Notes: generated by a model not told the origin, from the letters alone. Counted from the first letter of the stretch, positions 1 through 13,266 are shown. The stretch: 64,000 nucleotides of DNA from Octopus vulgaris (GCA_951406725.2 OX597823.1:107880001-107944000); one strand, 5' to 3'. Numbers and translations: made by a program.

Positions 1-189
1 AAAGGGCTTGTGAACAGTTTCAGTCAGAGCAAGCAAGAAAAAGCCCATGCTTAGCTGTTATGTAAGTACAGTATTCCTTAATAAATAAAGCTTACTCTAT
101 CTATATCTACATGGTGTGCTCTCATCACTTCAGAAAGCTGACTGTGGTCCGTTCCATAACCTTTGTGCATATTATTCAAGTAGTTCTCT

Positions 190-1045
190 TCTCTTAAAAG
201 TACTGTGAAAGCCATGTCACTGCTTTGACGAAAGAGAGAGCCAACTCATTCTTTCTGATTTCTTTCTACTGTCGTTCAGTTTTCTTTTTCTTTTTGCTTT
301 TGACTTTCTCTGTTGAGCCAGTTTGATACTAAGTTGGTATTTGAATCTTTGTCTTTGGTCTCCTCAATGTCGTTTGCCGTTAACGAATTCGCTGTAAGAA
401 TGGTCCGCGGGGTTCTTGAAGGGACTATTCAGATGACATGTCCTGACCATTTAAGACGAGACTCAAGGATGGCAGTTTCAATGCTCGGTATTTTTGAGCA
501 ATTGAGGAGTTCGTTGTTGGTGGGTCGGACCTGCTCTTTGATGCTGAGAATCTGCCGAAGCTTGGCTTGTTGGAAAGGATCAAGCTTTTACAGGTTTTTT
601 TCGATACAGGGCCCATGTCTCACAGGCGTAGAACAATGTGAGTAGAACGGTGCGGAAAACCAAGAGTTTTGTGTGGAGGGAGAGCACTTGGTTGTTGAAT
701 ACTCACTTGCTGAGTCTTCTGAAAGCCCAATGAAGCGGATTTGATGCGGTGGTCGATGTCTCTTTCGAATGTTCCAGATTATGAGAGAGTGTTGCCGAGG
801 TATTGAAAGTCGTTAACAAATTCCGGAGGCGTCTACCCAATGTTGAGGGTAACTTCTGGTATTTCTTGTCCAGGAACAGGTTGCGCCCGTATTTTCATTT
901 TGTCTGCATTCACTTCCATCCTAAAGCGATTGGAGTTTTGGATCTCGGACGGTCAAGTTTAAAGATTCTGCCGTCCAGGCGATAGCGAAGTCAACACCAG
1001 GAGAATCGCGTGGGATCTCGTTCGTTGAGCATCGCCGCTCATCAG
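190..1045 (-). mobile_element. RTE-clade LINE remnant (RT C-terminal region, decayed)
   Basis: Manual minus-strand translation across stops/frameshifts gives AYRLDGRIF, VNADKMKI, FVNDFQYLGNTLS, DIDHRIKSAS.AFRRL, TLFYACETWALY and LKWSGHV, typical of RTE/BovB-like ORFs. Boundaries approximate. Confidence 0.8.
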
Positions 1046-1391
1046 TTCATGAGGTTAGTGCTTTGTGTGGTTACTCGAATCGTTTTTGATTATTTGTTTA
1101 TTAACATGCCTTTAGATTTTAGTTGCTACTATTATAATATATTTAATATATTATAGTATTTTATTGTATTTACACTATACACTTCGACCGTTTGAACTAG
1201 CGATAGCTTTCAAAGGTCTTTCTCATGAGTTGAAAGAGGCGAGCTATCCTTTTAATCCGGACTATCAGCGAGATCTTTTGATGAGAATTAAGATTATAAT
1301 GATCAGAGTTCGAAATCACGTATTAAAGATATATCTATTTACTTCAGTTTGTGAATTTATCTCACCGTAGAAAGGTGCTTTGGCTCGATCC

Positions 1392-1939
1392 CCTCGAAAC
1401 CGGTCCGTGTGTAGCATCCGTATCTTCGGGGAGGCTGATCTCCCTTTACAGGCTAGCAAGGACACCGTGATGGTGTCGGCTCTCCTGGTGACGTCTATAG
1501 TCGCCTGGGGCTAAATGCATCAGTAACACCCCCACCACCCCGCCCTGTCCCTAGCCACATTCAGATGGCTGGTCCCGCTTATATTACAGAGCAGTTACTG
1601 TTTATACCTCGCTTAGAGATTTATTATTGTTATCGAACAGATTTTCGACGCCAGTGACTGTGTTTACAGTGAAAATCTATATAATTCTAGCCTGTAGAGG
1701 AAGTCCCTCAACGAAGAACGGTGCTTGCCATGCGCTGACGAGAGGCGACCACCTCGAAACCGGTCCGTGTGTAGTATCCGTATCTTCGGGGAGGCTGATC
1801 TCCCTTTACAGGCTAGCAAGGACACCGTGATGGTGTCGGCTCTCCTGGTGAAGTCTATAGTCACCTGGGGCTAAATGCATCAGTAACACCCCCACCACCC
1901 CGCCCTGTCCCTAGCCACATTCAGATGGCTGGTCCCGCT

Positions 1940-1946
<7 letters not shown>
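1392..1946 (+). repeat. Partial tandem duplication: 195-bp direct repeat, period 360 bp, hammerhead-associated (retrozyme/pLTR-like)
   Basis: 1392-1586 and 1752-1946 match with 3 mismatches. Both start at CCTCGAAACCGGTCCGTG, and the second copy runs into (TA)n. Confidence 0.9.
1720..1779 (+). ncRNA. Type I minimal hammerhead ribozyme motif
   Basis: CATGCG-CTGACGA-GAGG(CGACCA)CCTC-GAAA-CCGG-TC-CGTGTG: intact core, 4-bp stem II, palindromic stem III (ACCGGT), 6-bp stem I extended by GGTGCT/AGTATC. Predicted cleavage after C1765. Confidence 0.85.
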
Positions 1947-2017
<71 letters not shown>

Positions 2018-2349
2018 ATACACATGTGTATATATGTGTGTGTGTGCATGTGTGTATATATCGGAAAGGCTCCGAAATAATGTATCCTAGAGACAAACGG
2101 TTTTAATTTTCTAACGAGTTTCCCTTAATTTGCAATAAAAAGAAAAATACTATTTTCTACGAGGAATAACTCAACATTTAGATCACCAAATCTGTCGCAC
2201 TGCATCTATCAGGCTTTTACATTTTTTACGTTTTTCCCCTCTACATATATCTACCACCTCCTTTTTCACTCTGTACATGTATATCTCTCAAGCTTGCTTC
2301 TTTCCCTCTTTCTCTCTTTTTATATTACAAGCAATGCAATTTCAAAGCA

Positions 2350-3071
2350 TCTATATATCTAAATATAAATTATTTACATACCTGTTCAAACGTTTCACAT
2401 GACTTTATTAAAACTTATTAAAACTTCTTACAATTTTCGGCTTTGTAAAAAAATTTCGTTGACATGATTTTGCTTCCAAAACCTGTTTTCTGATTGAGTA
2501 AAAATTATCAAACATTTTCAAAATTTCTTTCTGGAATAAAGAAATCACAAAATCATATTCAGCCTGAAAAATTATCTCAATATTTCAAATTCGAAAATTT
2601 TCTCCATATTTTAAAATTCCAAAATCTCTGACAGCAACAGAAAAGATAGATACCTCTCTCTCTATCTGTCACTCTCAGTCTCTTACGATTTTCTCTTCGT
2701 AAACTTTTCCATTCTGTGTATATATCTACCACATTCTGTGCATACGTATATCGCTCATGCTGAGTGTCTGTGTCAGTATGTATTTGTGTGTGTGAATGCA
2801 TGTACGTCAAAAATTTTATTAGGACTACAAAATTGAAAGTCCCTCAAAATGCATCAGCATCGAGCAAAGAAACATCTTTACATCTCTGCTTCAAATGGAA
2901 AAACCAAATCTTTGCTTATCGAGACATTATAAATTACCCCAAATGAAGCAGAAATCTGTCCTGAACAATAGGCCTATCCGTCGGTGAAGACACGGTCTGA
3001 TAGGGAAATGAAATTGAAATAAAGGCATTCTATTGTAAAAATTGCCCGGCAACGAGGGGCTCTTCAGCTAG
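2350..3071 (+). mobile_element. Non-autonomous Helitron
   Basis: A|TCTATATATCTAAA 5' end, subterminal imperfect hairpin GCCCGGCAACGAGGGGC, CTAG|T 3' end. Confidence 0.65.
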
Positions 3072-3081
3072 TGTACGTGTG

Positions 3082-3130
<49 letters not shown>

Positions 3131-3879
3131 GTACATGCACATACACATACACACACACTTATATATACATACATATATATATATAAATATGTATGTATAT
3201 ATGTATGTGCTACGTGTGTGTGAGCGTGTGTGTATGTATATGATCAAGAAGCTTGGTGTATGCATGTATACGGAATATGCAATTGTCGTGTCTTCATTCA
3301 ACATGCCAATACCTTGCCTATAACTGATTATATAGTGACGGTCATATCACCAAATATTTACTTAATAACCTTGAGTGAGAAAATAACAAATTAGAACGAA
3401 AAAAAAAAAGACCTACAGAAGCAGATAAGAGAAATTTTTGCGAAATTCAATCAGTTAATGGCATGGTCAGAATATTCAGCATTTTAGAAAGGCTCAGTAA
3501 TTAAGTACATGTATTATTATATAAGCATCGATAATATATATTTGTTTGTTTGTGTGTATGTGTTGTGTGCTCGTGTGTGTGCGTATATGTGTGTGCGTGT
3601 GTGTGTGTGTGTATGGATGTAAATTTATATTATATTTATATTATAGTATATTATATATGAGTGTGTTTATGAGTGTATAGTGGTTTGTTATGTAGAGAAA
3701 ACAATAAATCTGAACCGGGAAAAGAATTCTCTACATTCAAAGCAGAGATTTTATATATTTTTTTTTCTTTTTTTCAAACGAAAAGAAATATTTCATTGCT
3801 CCTATGCACCGTTTGTTTCGCTCTTACAAACTCATCATGGCAAAAAAAAAAAAATAAAAAAAAAAAAAAATAATAATTA

Positions 3880-4057
3880 CATATGTATAAGTGCATGTAT
3901 GGATGCAAGTATAAGTGTGTATGTAAGTATGTATGTATGTATGTATGTATGTTTGTATGTATGTATGTATGTATGTATGTATGTATGTATGTATGTACGT
4001 ATGTATGTATGTGTGTGTGTATGTATGTATGTGTGTGTGTATGTATGTATGTATGTA

Positions 4058-4092
<35 letters not shown>

Positions 4093-4325
4093 GTGTGTAT
4101 GTATGTATGTATGTATGTATGTATGTATGTATGTATGTATGTATGTATGTATGTATGTATGTATGTGTGTATGTATGTATGTATGTATGTATGTGTGTAT
4201 GTATGTATGTATGTATGTATGTAAGTGTGTGTATTTCTCTGTGTGCGTGTGTATATATATATATATATATATGTATGTAAGTATGTACGTATGTATGTAT
4301 GTATGTACGTATGTATGTACGTATG

Positions 4326-4356
<31 letters not shown>

Positions 4357-4398
4357 GTGTGTGTGTGTATATACATATACGTGTGTGTGCGGTGTATA

Positions 4399-4453
<55 letters not shown>

Positions 4454-4479
4454 ATCCATATATATACATATACATATAC

Positions 4480-4517
<38 letters not shown>

Positions 4518-4722
4518 ATATATCCATATATATGTGTATACATATATATATACATATACATATATATATATATATATACATATCTCTGTGTGTATGTATG
4601 TATGTATGTATGTATGTATGTATGTATGTACGTACGTACGTACGTATGTATGTATACACACACAGACACGCACACATACACATAGATACAAGCGCCTAAT
4701 TGTGAAGGAGAAGAAAAACGAG

Positions 4723-4759
<37 letters not shown>

Positions 4760-4760
4760 C
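3880..4760. repeat. Compound microsatellite (TATG)n/(TG)n/(TA)n
   Basis: Directly visible. Source of the long low-complexity ORFs at 3680-4804. Confidence 0.95.
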
Positions 4761-4839
4761 GTAAGTACACCATATTTTTTTTTATCTTGTCCTCGTTCCA
4801 GCATTATTCTTCTGTTCTCTTCACCATATCAGTTATCTG
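4680..4839. repeat. Dispersed repeat, copy 1 (copy 2 at about 49220-49369)
   Basis: Both loci share GATACAAGCG..ATTGTGAAGGAGAAGAAAAACGAGTAG(TG)n..CGTAAGTACACCATATT..CTGTTCTCTTCACCATATCAGTTATCTG. Confidence 0.85.
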
Positions 4840-4935
4840 CCCCACACCCCATCAAATTCTATTTTTTCTGCACCCGGAGCTACAGTTTACACAATCCTAT
4901 AAAAATACAGATGCAAACACGCATATTCACACACA

Positions 4936-4980
<45 letters not shown>

Positions 4981-5259
4981 GCGTGCGTACAACACACAGA
5001 CAGAGCACACACCCATACAGGCAACATAACATAACACTCATTTAATTTACTCAAGTTAACCAACATACTAGTTCACCTATAAAAATATAGAACCAACCCT
5101 ACCTGGCGTGCACACTTCCCCACTTCCACACACATTCCAACACACACACATACTTTGATATGGAATCACATACGTAGTCACATACACTGAACTTCTCTCA
5201 CACACACACACACATTTATTAATAGATTCATAAAACAAATGACCATACATGCACATTAA

Positions 5260-5260
5260 T

Positions 5261-5354
<94 letters not shown>

Positions 5355-5505
5355 ATCTATCTATCTATCTATCTATCTATGTACCTACCTACCTACCTAC
5401 CTACCAACCTACCTACCTACCTACCTACCTACATACCCTCCTACCTACCTATCCATCCATCCATCCAACCACCCTCCCATCCATCCATCCATCCATCCAT
5501 CCATC
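5260..5505. repeat. Compound tetranucleotide microsatellite (TCTA)n-(CCTA)n-(CCAT)n
   Basis: Directly visible. Confidence 0.95.
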
Positions 5506-5579
5506 CATGTCCTTTTCTTACGTATGAATATACATAAATATATGAAAATACAATATATATTATATATATCATATATACA

Positions 5580-5758
<179 letters not shown>

Positions 5759-5759
5759 G

Positions 5760-5819
<60 letters not shown>

Positions 5820-6313
5820 CACGTATACATCTCTATGTATTTGCTAATATATATATATTTGTATATATGTATGTATATATGTATGCGCGTTTGTGTATGT
5901 ATGAATATGAACACATATACACACGATTTATGCTTTATAAATTTACTTATATATCTACTTGTGTGTGTGAGTGTGAGTATTTATAGAAATAAACAGGCAT
6001 ATATGTACCCACCCAATACATACATACACGCATTAATGATTCCACAGAAATGTTGGTGTGAAGTCTGTGATACATCTCAAATTCCATTTACCATTTTATC
6101 TAGCTATATGATATGCCAGCAGACTTCTCTCACACAGAATTCAATTAAGTTTTCTTCTTATTTTCTTTTCTGCATTTATATATTTATTGTGCCACTGTTT
6201 TTGTTTTTTACTTTGCTTTTGTTTACGCTGCTTCTTTCAGACATACACACACGCACACACAAAATAGATTCATTTACACACACAGACACACACACACGGA
6301 GATAGGTTTATAT

Positions 6314-6393
<80 letters not shown>

Positions 6394-6616
6394 ATATGTA
6401 TATGTATATATATGGATACACACACACACACACACACGTATTGACGCATGCACACACATACAAACACAAATGCAAACTCCGAGATTTTCTTTTTGGCATT
6501 TAAATCTTTGTTGTTTGATTTTATTTTTTCCTTCGTGTTATTGTTTTGTCACCCCCTCTTTGTCTCTTTCCCCCGCTTTCTCTATGAATTTATATATCTA
6601 TCTCTATATATTTTCT

Positions 6617-6656
<40 letters not shown>

Positions 6657-6810
6657 TACTCCTTCCTAGTCATGTTCGTCCCTCGTTCTCTCGATTTCTC
6701 AATCAATATTTAAAAAAACTGAATGCAAGACGCTTGACTGGTGGTAGTCTATATTGGCAAGAACTATATTTATTGGTATCAAAGTAAAAATGTTGTTTGT
6801 GAGGGAGAGC

Positions 6811-6846
6811 TTCAGACGTTTCGGACAACTGTCCTTCTTCAAGTAA
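6811..6846 (-). ncRNA. Degenerate minimal hammerhead motif
   Basis: Reverse complement reads TTGAAGA-A-GGAC(AGTT)GTCC-GAAA-CG-TC. C3 is substituted and stem I is poor. Confidence 0.5.
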
Positions 6847-7574
6847 CAACGTTTTCACTACACATTCTTTCCTCTTAGTCTACACACATGTTCTTCCCTT
6901 TCATTCTGTATTTCTGTCTCTCTTTACATGTGTATATATAAAGAGAGAGGGGACGGAGTGAGAGGGAGAAAGAGTGTGTTTGTGTGTGTTGTCGGGGTGA
7001 AGATGTGGTCGCGAGGATGGACGTAGTAGGAGGAATGGTAGTAATGTTGAGGTTGAGAATGGTAGTGTTATTGCTCGAGTTGCTAGTGTAGAGCTCTGGC
7101 ATTAGTTGTTGTTTAGCTACAGGCCAGCTCAGACAAGGGAAAACTTATTATCGAAGATATTCTAGCACAGGTCATTCCATCTTTTTGATGTAACAGGACT
7201 ACATTGTACAATGTGTTCGACCATTTATTTAAACAGCTAATTCTGAGGGATATATGGTGCCTTTTGTAGGTTTTACATTAGCTCATGGTTATTGTTGTTG
7301 TTATTGTTATAGTTGATGATGAAGATGGTGATGATGATGGTGATGATGATGACGATGATGAAGACGACGATGATCAGGAGGAAAACACTGATATTGATAT
7401 ATACTCATGAAATATGCACGCGTAGGGTAAAGCAACGTTCTATCTATCTGTCTGTCTGTCTGTTTAGCTGTCTGTCTGTCTTCTGTTTATCTGTTTGTTT
7501 ATCTATTTACCTGTCTGTCTGTTCCTCTCTCTCTCTCTCTCTCTCTCTCTGTATCTATGTGTGTGTGTGTGTGT

Positions 7575-7740
7575 CGTTGCGTCTGTGTTTGTCCTCACCC
7601 TATTACCACTTGACAACAAGTGTTGGTGTGTGTATATCCCCGTAACTTAGCGGTATGGCAAAAGGGAACAATAAGTACCAGGCTTAAAATAGATAAGTTC
7701 AGGGACGGATTTCTTCGATTAACAGGTAACAATAAAAGAA
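7575..7740 (+). mobile_element. Partial tRNA-derived SINE (3' half of the 35075 family)
   Basis: TGTTTGTCCTC..CACTTGACAAC..GGTGTG..CCCCGTAACTTAGCGG..ATAAGTACCAGGCTT matches 35281-35385. Confidence 0.65.
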
Positions 7741-7984
7741 TACATACATACATACGTACGTACATACATGCATACATACACACATGCATACATACCTACG
7801 TAGGTACATCCATATACCTCAGTTTTTTCTTTCCTGCTCAGAAACTAATAGCATTACCTTTCTTCACTCTCCACCCTGAATTGCAGTTCGATTCTTTTCA
7901 TTTGATATTTCCCGACCCAAATTAAAATACCTTGTATTTTGGTTTGGGCTCACCGCAGTAATACATACATATATATATATATAT

Positions 7985-8513
7985 ATGGTGGATGCCCCCT
8001 CGTTATCGAGTATGGCCATTGCACGAAGCTTAATCAATGTTGTTATCGTGCAATGCCTGTGCAAGAAGATTTTTTTTTAAGTGAGGAAAGGCTGTGCACT
8101 GAGTCAATCCCACTCACTAAGCAACAGCAGTCATAATCCGAAAAGAAGAACAAGTCAACATCATCGGTAACCACTGAGCCGCAGGTTTTATGTCGGAGTT
8201 ATCCCAGTTACCTGAGTTACCTTCTCCTAGAAGGATGACCTTCACTCCCAATGGTTTAACTGCGCGATCGGGTATTCAGTCCGATTATTTCTATGTCCCC
8301 GCGCATGATACAGCCTTAAGACATTTATTGGATGGCCGACTCTCAAGAGTTCCTCCGCCCTTGACGGGTTTTGTTTTTCATCCCGCAGGGTGTCCAATAA
8401 ACACCCTTCTCACCAAGCAAGCTTCGTGGGGTTGCCGGCTTAGTCGCCGACGACCCGACAATGCAACAGGTTGTACTGGGTTACATGTCACCAGTAGCAC
8501 TCGAAAGTGACCT

Positions 8514-8516
<3 letters not shown>
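7985..8516 (-). mobile_element. Probable internally deleted RTE derivative (5' UTR joined to 3' tail)
   Basis: Minus strand has an RTE 5'UTR-like motif TCTAGGAGAAGGTAACTC..AAAACCTG and ends AAGCTTCGTGCAATGGCCATACTCGATAACGAGGGGGCATCC, also found on the + strand at 32640-32686. Flanked on both sides by (TA)n. Confidence 0.5.
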
Positions 8517-8567
<51 letters not shown>

Positions 8568-8584
8568 CATACATACATACATAT

Positions 8585-8647
<63 letters not shown>

Positions 8648-8653
<6 letters not shown>

Positions 8654-8830
8654 AGTTTGGGGAGAGTCATACTCCCTTAATAGCTAACATGCTTACCTAC
8701 ACACCGGTTCAATTTCTACTCGTAATTTTCCCTTCCAAAATTTTTGAAAAACAGTTTAAATAATAAACGAGTGGAAATTGAACCGGTGTGTTAGATATTA
8801 AGAAAGTGTGAATCTCCTCAGACACAACAA
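8648..8830. repeat. Foldback (inverted repeat) element
   Basis: Inner arms ACACACCGGTTCAATTTCTACTCGT (8699-8723) and ACGAGTGGAAATTGAACCGGTGTGT (8767-8791). Weaker outer arms TTGTTGAGTTTGGGGAGA / TCTCCTCAGACACAACAA. Confidence 0.8.
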
Positions 8831-8926
8831 AGTTTGTTTCAACACACGAATTCATATGAAGAATCTTGTAAACCAGATAAAAAAAAACTACGTGCGCGCG
8901 CGTGTGTGTGTATCTATATAAACATA

Positions 8927-9563
8927 TATCGGTTTGGCAAGAAAGTAATTTCTTTTATCGCAAATAGATAGAGTTACAATTATCTTCAATGACTTTTGTA
9001 AATTTTATGATTTTTTGTTTTGACATTTGATAGCCGTTACTTTTTATTTTACTTTAAAAGCAAATTGCGCGTAAATTTGTTTGCAGCTGTTAATTCAGCG
9101 TCAATTTTAACATGGAGTGCAAAATCGAACATTTTCGTCGTATTTTGTCTTTTATTTTTGTAAAAGCAAGAAAGCTGCTGAGGTTCACAAAGAGATATGT
9201 GAAATTTATGGTGTTGATTGCTTAACAGAACGCACATGTCAGAAATGGTTTTAAAAAATCCGTTCTGGAGATTTTTCACTCAAAGATGACCAACGTTCTG
9301 GTCGACCTACTAAAATTGATGATGACTGAATCAAAGCCATAATTGAATCTGATTGTCATATAACTGTGCGAGAAATTGCAGAGAGGTTAAATGCATCAAA
9401 CACAACAATTGAAAATCACTTGAAATGTCTTGGACTCGTTAAGAATCTCGATATTTGGGTTCCACATAAATTGAAAGAGATTCATTTAACACAACGAATC
9501 AATATTTGTGATATGCATCTCAAACGCAAAGAAATCGACCTTTTTTTGGAAAGAAATCATCAC
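8927..9563 (+). mobile_element. Mariner transposon 5' fragment (transposase N-terminus, pseudogene)
   Basis: From ATG 9112 with frameshifts: HFRRIL, EICEIYG, ERTCQKWF, DDQRSGRP, REIAERLN and the mariner WVPHKL motif. Confidence 0.85.
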
Positions 9564-9695
9564 TATATATTATATGGAATCTCTACTCTAAATATTATTC
9601 TTAACGTCTAGATAGCCGGGATATTTGTATCGAGTGCTGCCTAAGGAATACGCCGAGATTTTGCGGAATCCAAATTTAAGGTATGTATGTATGTA

Positions 9696-9981
9696 CTAGC
9701 TGTTGACTTAAGCCCACCTCTGACCTTGTATTAGAGACTATTCTATCGATTTTGTTGAAATTTTACATGTGAAAAAATGCAAAAGCTGCAGGAAAAATAA
9801 CATCGTTATGGGATTTTGCATTCAAACGCCCGATTGAGCTCACAAAAATCGATGCCAACTAAGCATTATCGAGTTTTCGGAAAAAATTCTGGTCTTATTT
9901 GAACTTCAGGGCATGTGATCAGCCTGTGTGCCAAAAATCATTAAAATCGGTTGGTCGGTGTGGGAGGGGGTAGAGTAACCC

Positions 9982-10023
<42 letters not shown>

Positions 10024-10061
10024 AACAAACACAGACGACATTACACATTTATGTATATAGA
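9696..10061 (-). mobile_element. Non-autonomous Helitron
   Basis: Minus strand begins A|TCTATATACATAAATG followed by (TG)n and CCGACCAACCGATTTTAATG, like the other Helitron 5' ends here, and ends CTAG|T. Hairpin decayed. Confidence 0.55.
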
Positions 10062-10945
10062 TGTATGTATGTATGTGTGTATATATGTATGTATAAATAG
10101 ATACATAACATACATACACATACATATACACATACATACATACATACATACATACATACATACATACATACATACATACATACATACATACATACATACT
10201 ACAGTGTGGCCCGTTCTTCAGAAGGGTAATCTTTCTAATCCTACAAACATTTTTTTAGAAACCTTTGGTCGATTGTGAATGAAAATATTCCAGTCAAGTT
10301 GCATATTTATGTCACACATTGGTTAATATTTCTTGTCAATACTTCTTGTCACACATTGGTCAATACTTTCTTGTCGCTAAACGCATCGCTGCAGCATGTA
10401 TCAATGTGTCTGTCTCAAAGTCAGGTTCTATCAACATCGTTGTGCCTCAGAGATTGTTAATGTCACCCAGATTCTCATTTCACCACTACTTAAGTTTTCC
10501 TTCTTTCAGCTCCAACGTCACTCTCCAAATGTGCACAGTATTTTTCTTATAGTATCTGTAGCGGTTTTTCTGAACAAAGGACACACTCACAACATATGCG
10601 AAACAAAATATTCGGTGATATATACCACCTTCTCTAGCCTTGCTGTCACTACAAGTCTCTCTTTACTGTCGCTATAGTTTCGCAGTTTGTGAGGGTCTCC
10701 CATGGCAACTACACACGCATTATATCAACAATGACTTAAGTCAGGAAATTCTTCAGGCTTGGTCATTCAGTGACTCTACAGAAGGATCAGGCAAGACCTA
10801 TAATGAAGTTACTTGTCACATGTTTAGACCATTGCTGCTGATGTAGTTTCACACACTTACATACTAAAACTCATCTGTAAGAGTCACTCATGAATACTTT
10901 TCAACTATTTAAACTCTTCGAGGCCTAGTAGAGTCAGTTGAGTGA

Positions 10946-10949
<4 letters not shown>

Positions 10950-11030
<81 letters not shown>

Positions 11031-11188
11031 ATATCTATCTATCTATCCATCTATCTATCTGTCTACATATATACATACATACCTACATACAGACACACAC
11101 ATATAGACATACAGACATACATACACACATACATACACACATACATATATTCATACATACATACATTCATATATTCATACATACATAG

Positions 11189-11221
<33 letters not shown>

Positions 11222-11225
11222 GACA
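10950..11225. repeat. (TCTA)n/(CATA)n/(TA)n microsatellite block
   Basis: Directly visible. Confidence 0.9.
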
Positions 11226-11452
11226 TACAGACATACATACACACATACATACAAGCATACGTATATACACACGTATATGTGCGTGTGTGTGTTCATGCAT
11301 GCGTGTGCACTTAAAAAGGTGACTTAGAAATTCAATAAATGGATATCGAGAAATTATGTTACCAGAATGAAATCTGTAATGTTGTTCATTTGTCCGAAGC
11401 CAGTAAAACAATAAAAAAGAATCCTGTGTTTATGCGTGTGTATGTGTGTCCA

Positions 11453-11493
<41 letters not shown>

Positions 11494-12983
11494 GTATTTG
11501 TACATATATATATATATGTATGTATGTATTTAAATACATACACACATATATATATATTATATAAATACACACATAAACAGCCATTTTTACTACGGATGTG
11601 TATGTGTGTATGTATGTGTATATATTGTATAAGTCTAATACATTCATATATGCAAGAATCCATGTACATATGTATTCTTCTCACCGTTTCTATTTGACAT
11701 AAACTATGGTAGGAGGTGTGAAGGATGTGTAAGCCTCTTCAAAGAATCCCATGAATCTTCTGCTTTGTAAGAATTCCACAAAAACTTCGCTCTGATTAAT
11801 TATTTTTCTTGCCTTTTTATCTTTGTCTTTGAGTCTGGCAGAAAATGTCAGACTCACTTCTTACATTTAACTTCTACTTATAGTGTGGTGGTAGTGGAAT
11901 GGTGCGCAAGTTCCTTCTCACTCTTTTACTCTCTCTCTCTCTCTCTCTTTCTCCCTATCTTGGCGGTAGTAGAATGGTACACTGTATCTCTCTCTTCCTT
12001 TCTTTCCCCTCGTCCCCCTCTTAAAGTATGATGGTAGCGAAGTGGTGCACACCCTCTTTTTTTCGGTTTTTATTACTCTCAGCTCTCTCTTACTATTTTC
12101 TTCTTTCTCTTTCTCTCACCTATCTCTCTTACTCTCTTTCTCACTCTCTTTCTACACACACACGCACATATATTTTATATGTAAGTATGAATATACATAC
12201 GTATACATACACACATACGTATTTGTATATGTGTATATATATCTCCTCTTGCGGCCACTCAATCACACCCTTACTCACCCCTCCTACTCTCTCAGTTTCT
12301 TTACCTTTTTCTTTCTATCTCCCCCTCTTTCTCTTACTCTGCATGTCTGTTTCTTTCTCTTTCTCTCTCTCCAGTTTATTTGCTCTCTTTCTCTCTGACA
12401 CATTATCTTCATTTTGTATTTTCTTAAATTCTTCCTCCCCACTCTGTTCCCTCCCATCAAACATTACTCCGTCTTTGCTCCCTCCTCTCTCTTTCTCCCA
12501 CTCTTTCTTTACATCTAAGATGTCTCTTTTTGTTACTCAGATTTCCATCTCTCTCCTACTCACCTTCATTCTTTCGGCCTTATCACCCTCTCTCATTCTC
12601 CCGTTTTTCTCTTCATCCGTTTGTCCTTCTTAAGTTTTAACTCTCTCTCTCTCTCCTTGCTTTCACTTTGACCCTCACACACACACTCACTCTATCTCTC
12701 TGCATTGTTTACTCCGTCTTCCTCATAATTCTCTTCCTTTCTCTTCCTCCCTTTCTTCCACACCACCTTATCCCTATTGTATCTTGTCTCTTCATTGTTT
12801 CTCTATCTGTTTTTCTTATTCGCTTTCTACATAATATCTTTTCTATCACTCTATATCTCAGACACATCTTTTTCCCTTTCTTCTCAGACTCGCTCTCACG
12901 CTCTATCTGCCCCACCCCTCTTCTGGTCGCTCATAAGTCTTTTACACACGTTTTATCTATACCTGTCTTTTATCTCTCATTCC

Positions 12984-13026
<43 letters not shown>

Positions 13027-13230
13027 TTACATTCACTGTCCTAAAACTTCATACTCTTCACTATCAACATACATATACACACAAGCGTACATCCGTGTGT
13101 GTATATGGCCGCAAGTAAAAGAATATATGTTTGTGTGTATGTGTATACATATATATACACACAAATATATATATAGAAAAATGGTAAAATCGATGAAGGG
13201 AGTACAGTGAACATGCCGTGGTGAGTGGAA

Positions 13231-13266
13231 AATTCAACGTTTCGGATAGATTCCTTTTTCAGGATC
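13231..13266 (-). ncRNA. Degenerate minimal hammerhead motif
   Basis: Reverse complement CTGAAAA-A-GGA(ATCTA)TCC-GAAA-CG-TT. G8 is substituted by A. Confidence 0.4.

Noticed and set aside
1015-1050. CTGATGA..GAA on the minus strand resembling a hammerhead core
   Set aside because: Lies within RTE coding remnant, with no GAAA/UH or pairing stems.
3800-3842. ATGATGA-GTTT(GTAA)GAGC-GAAA on the minus strand
   Set aside because: Core mismatched, and no valid stem III or NUH triplet.
3680-4804. Long ORFs (268-339 aa) on both strands, and similar ones at 18255-19105 and 55582-56257
   Set aside because: Translations of microsatellites (YVCM/HTYI/YI repeats) that lack stop codons by composition.
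10198-10940. Unique-looking block beginning TA|CAGTGTGG, possible DNA transposon
   Set aside because: No matching opposite TIR or recognisable transposase motif found.
12028-13210. Hydrophobic 180-201 aa ORFs
   Set aside because: CT-rich low-complexity DNA giving L/S/F runs; no domain.
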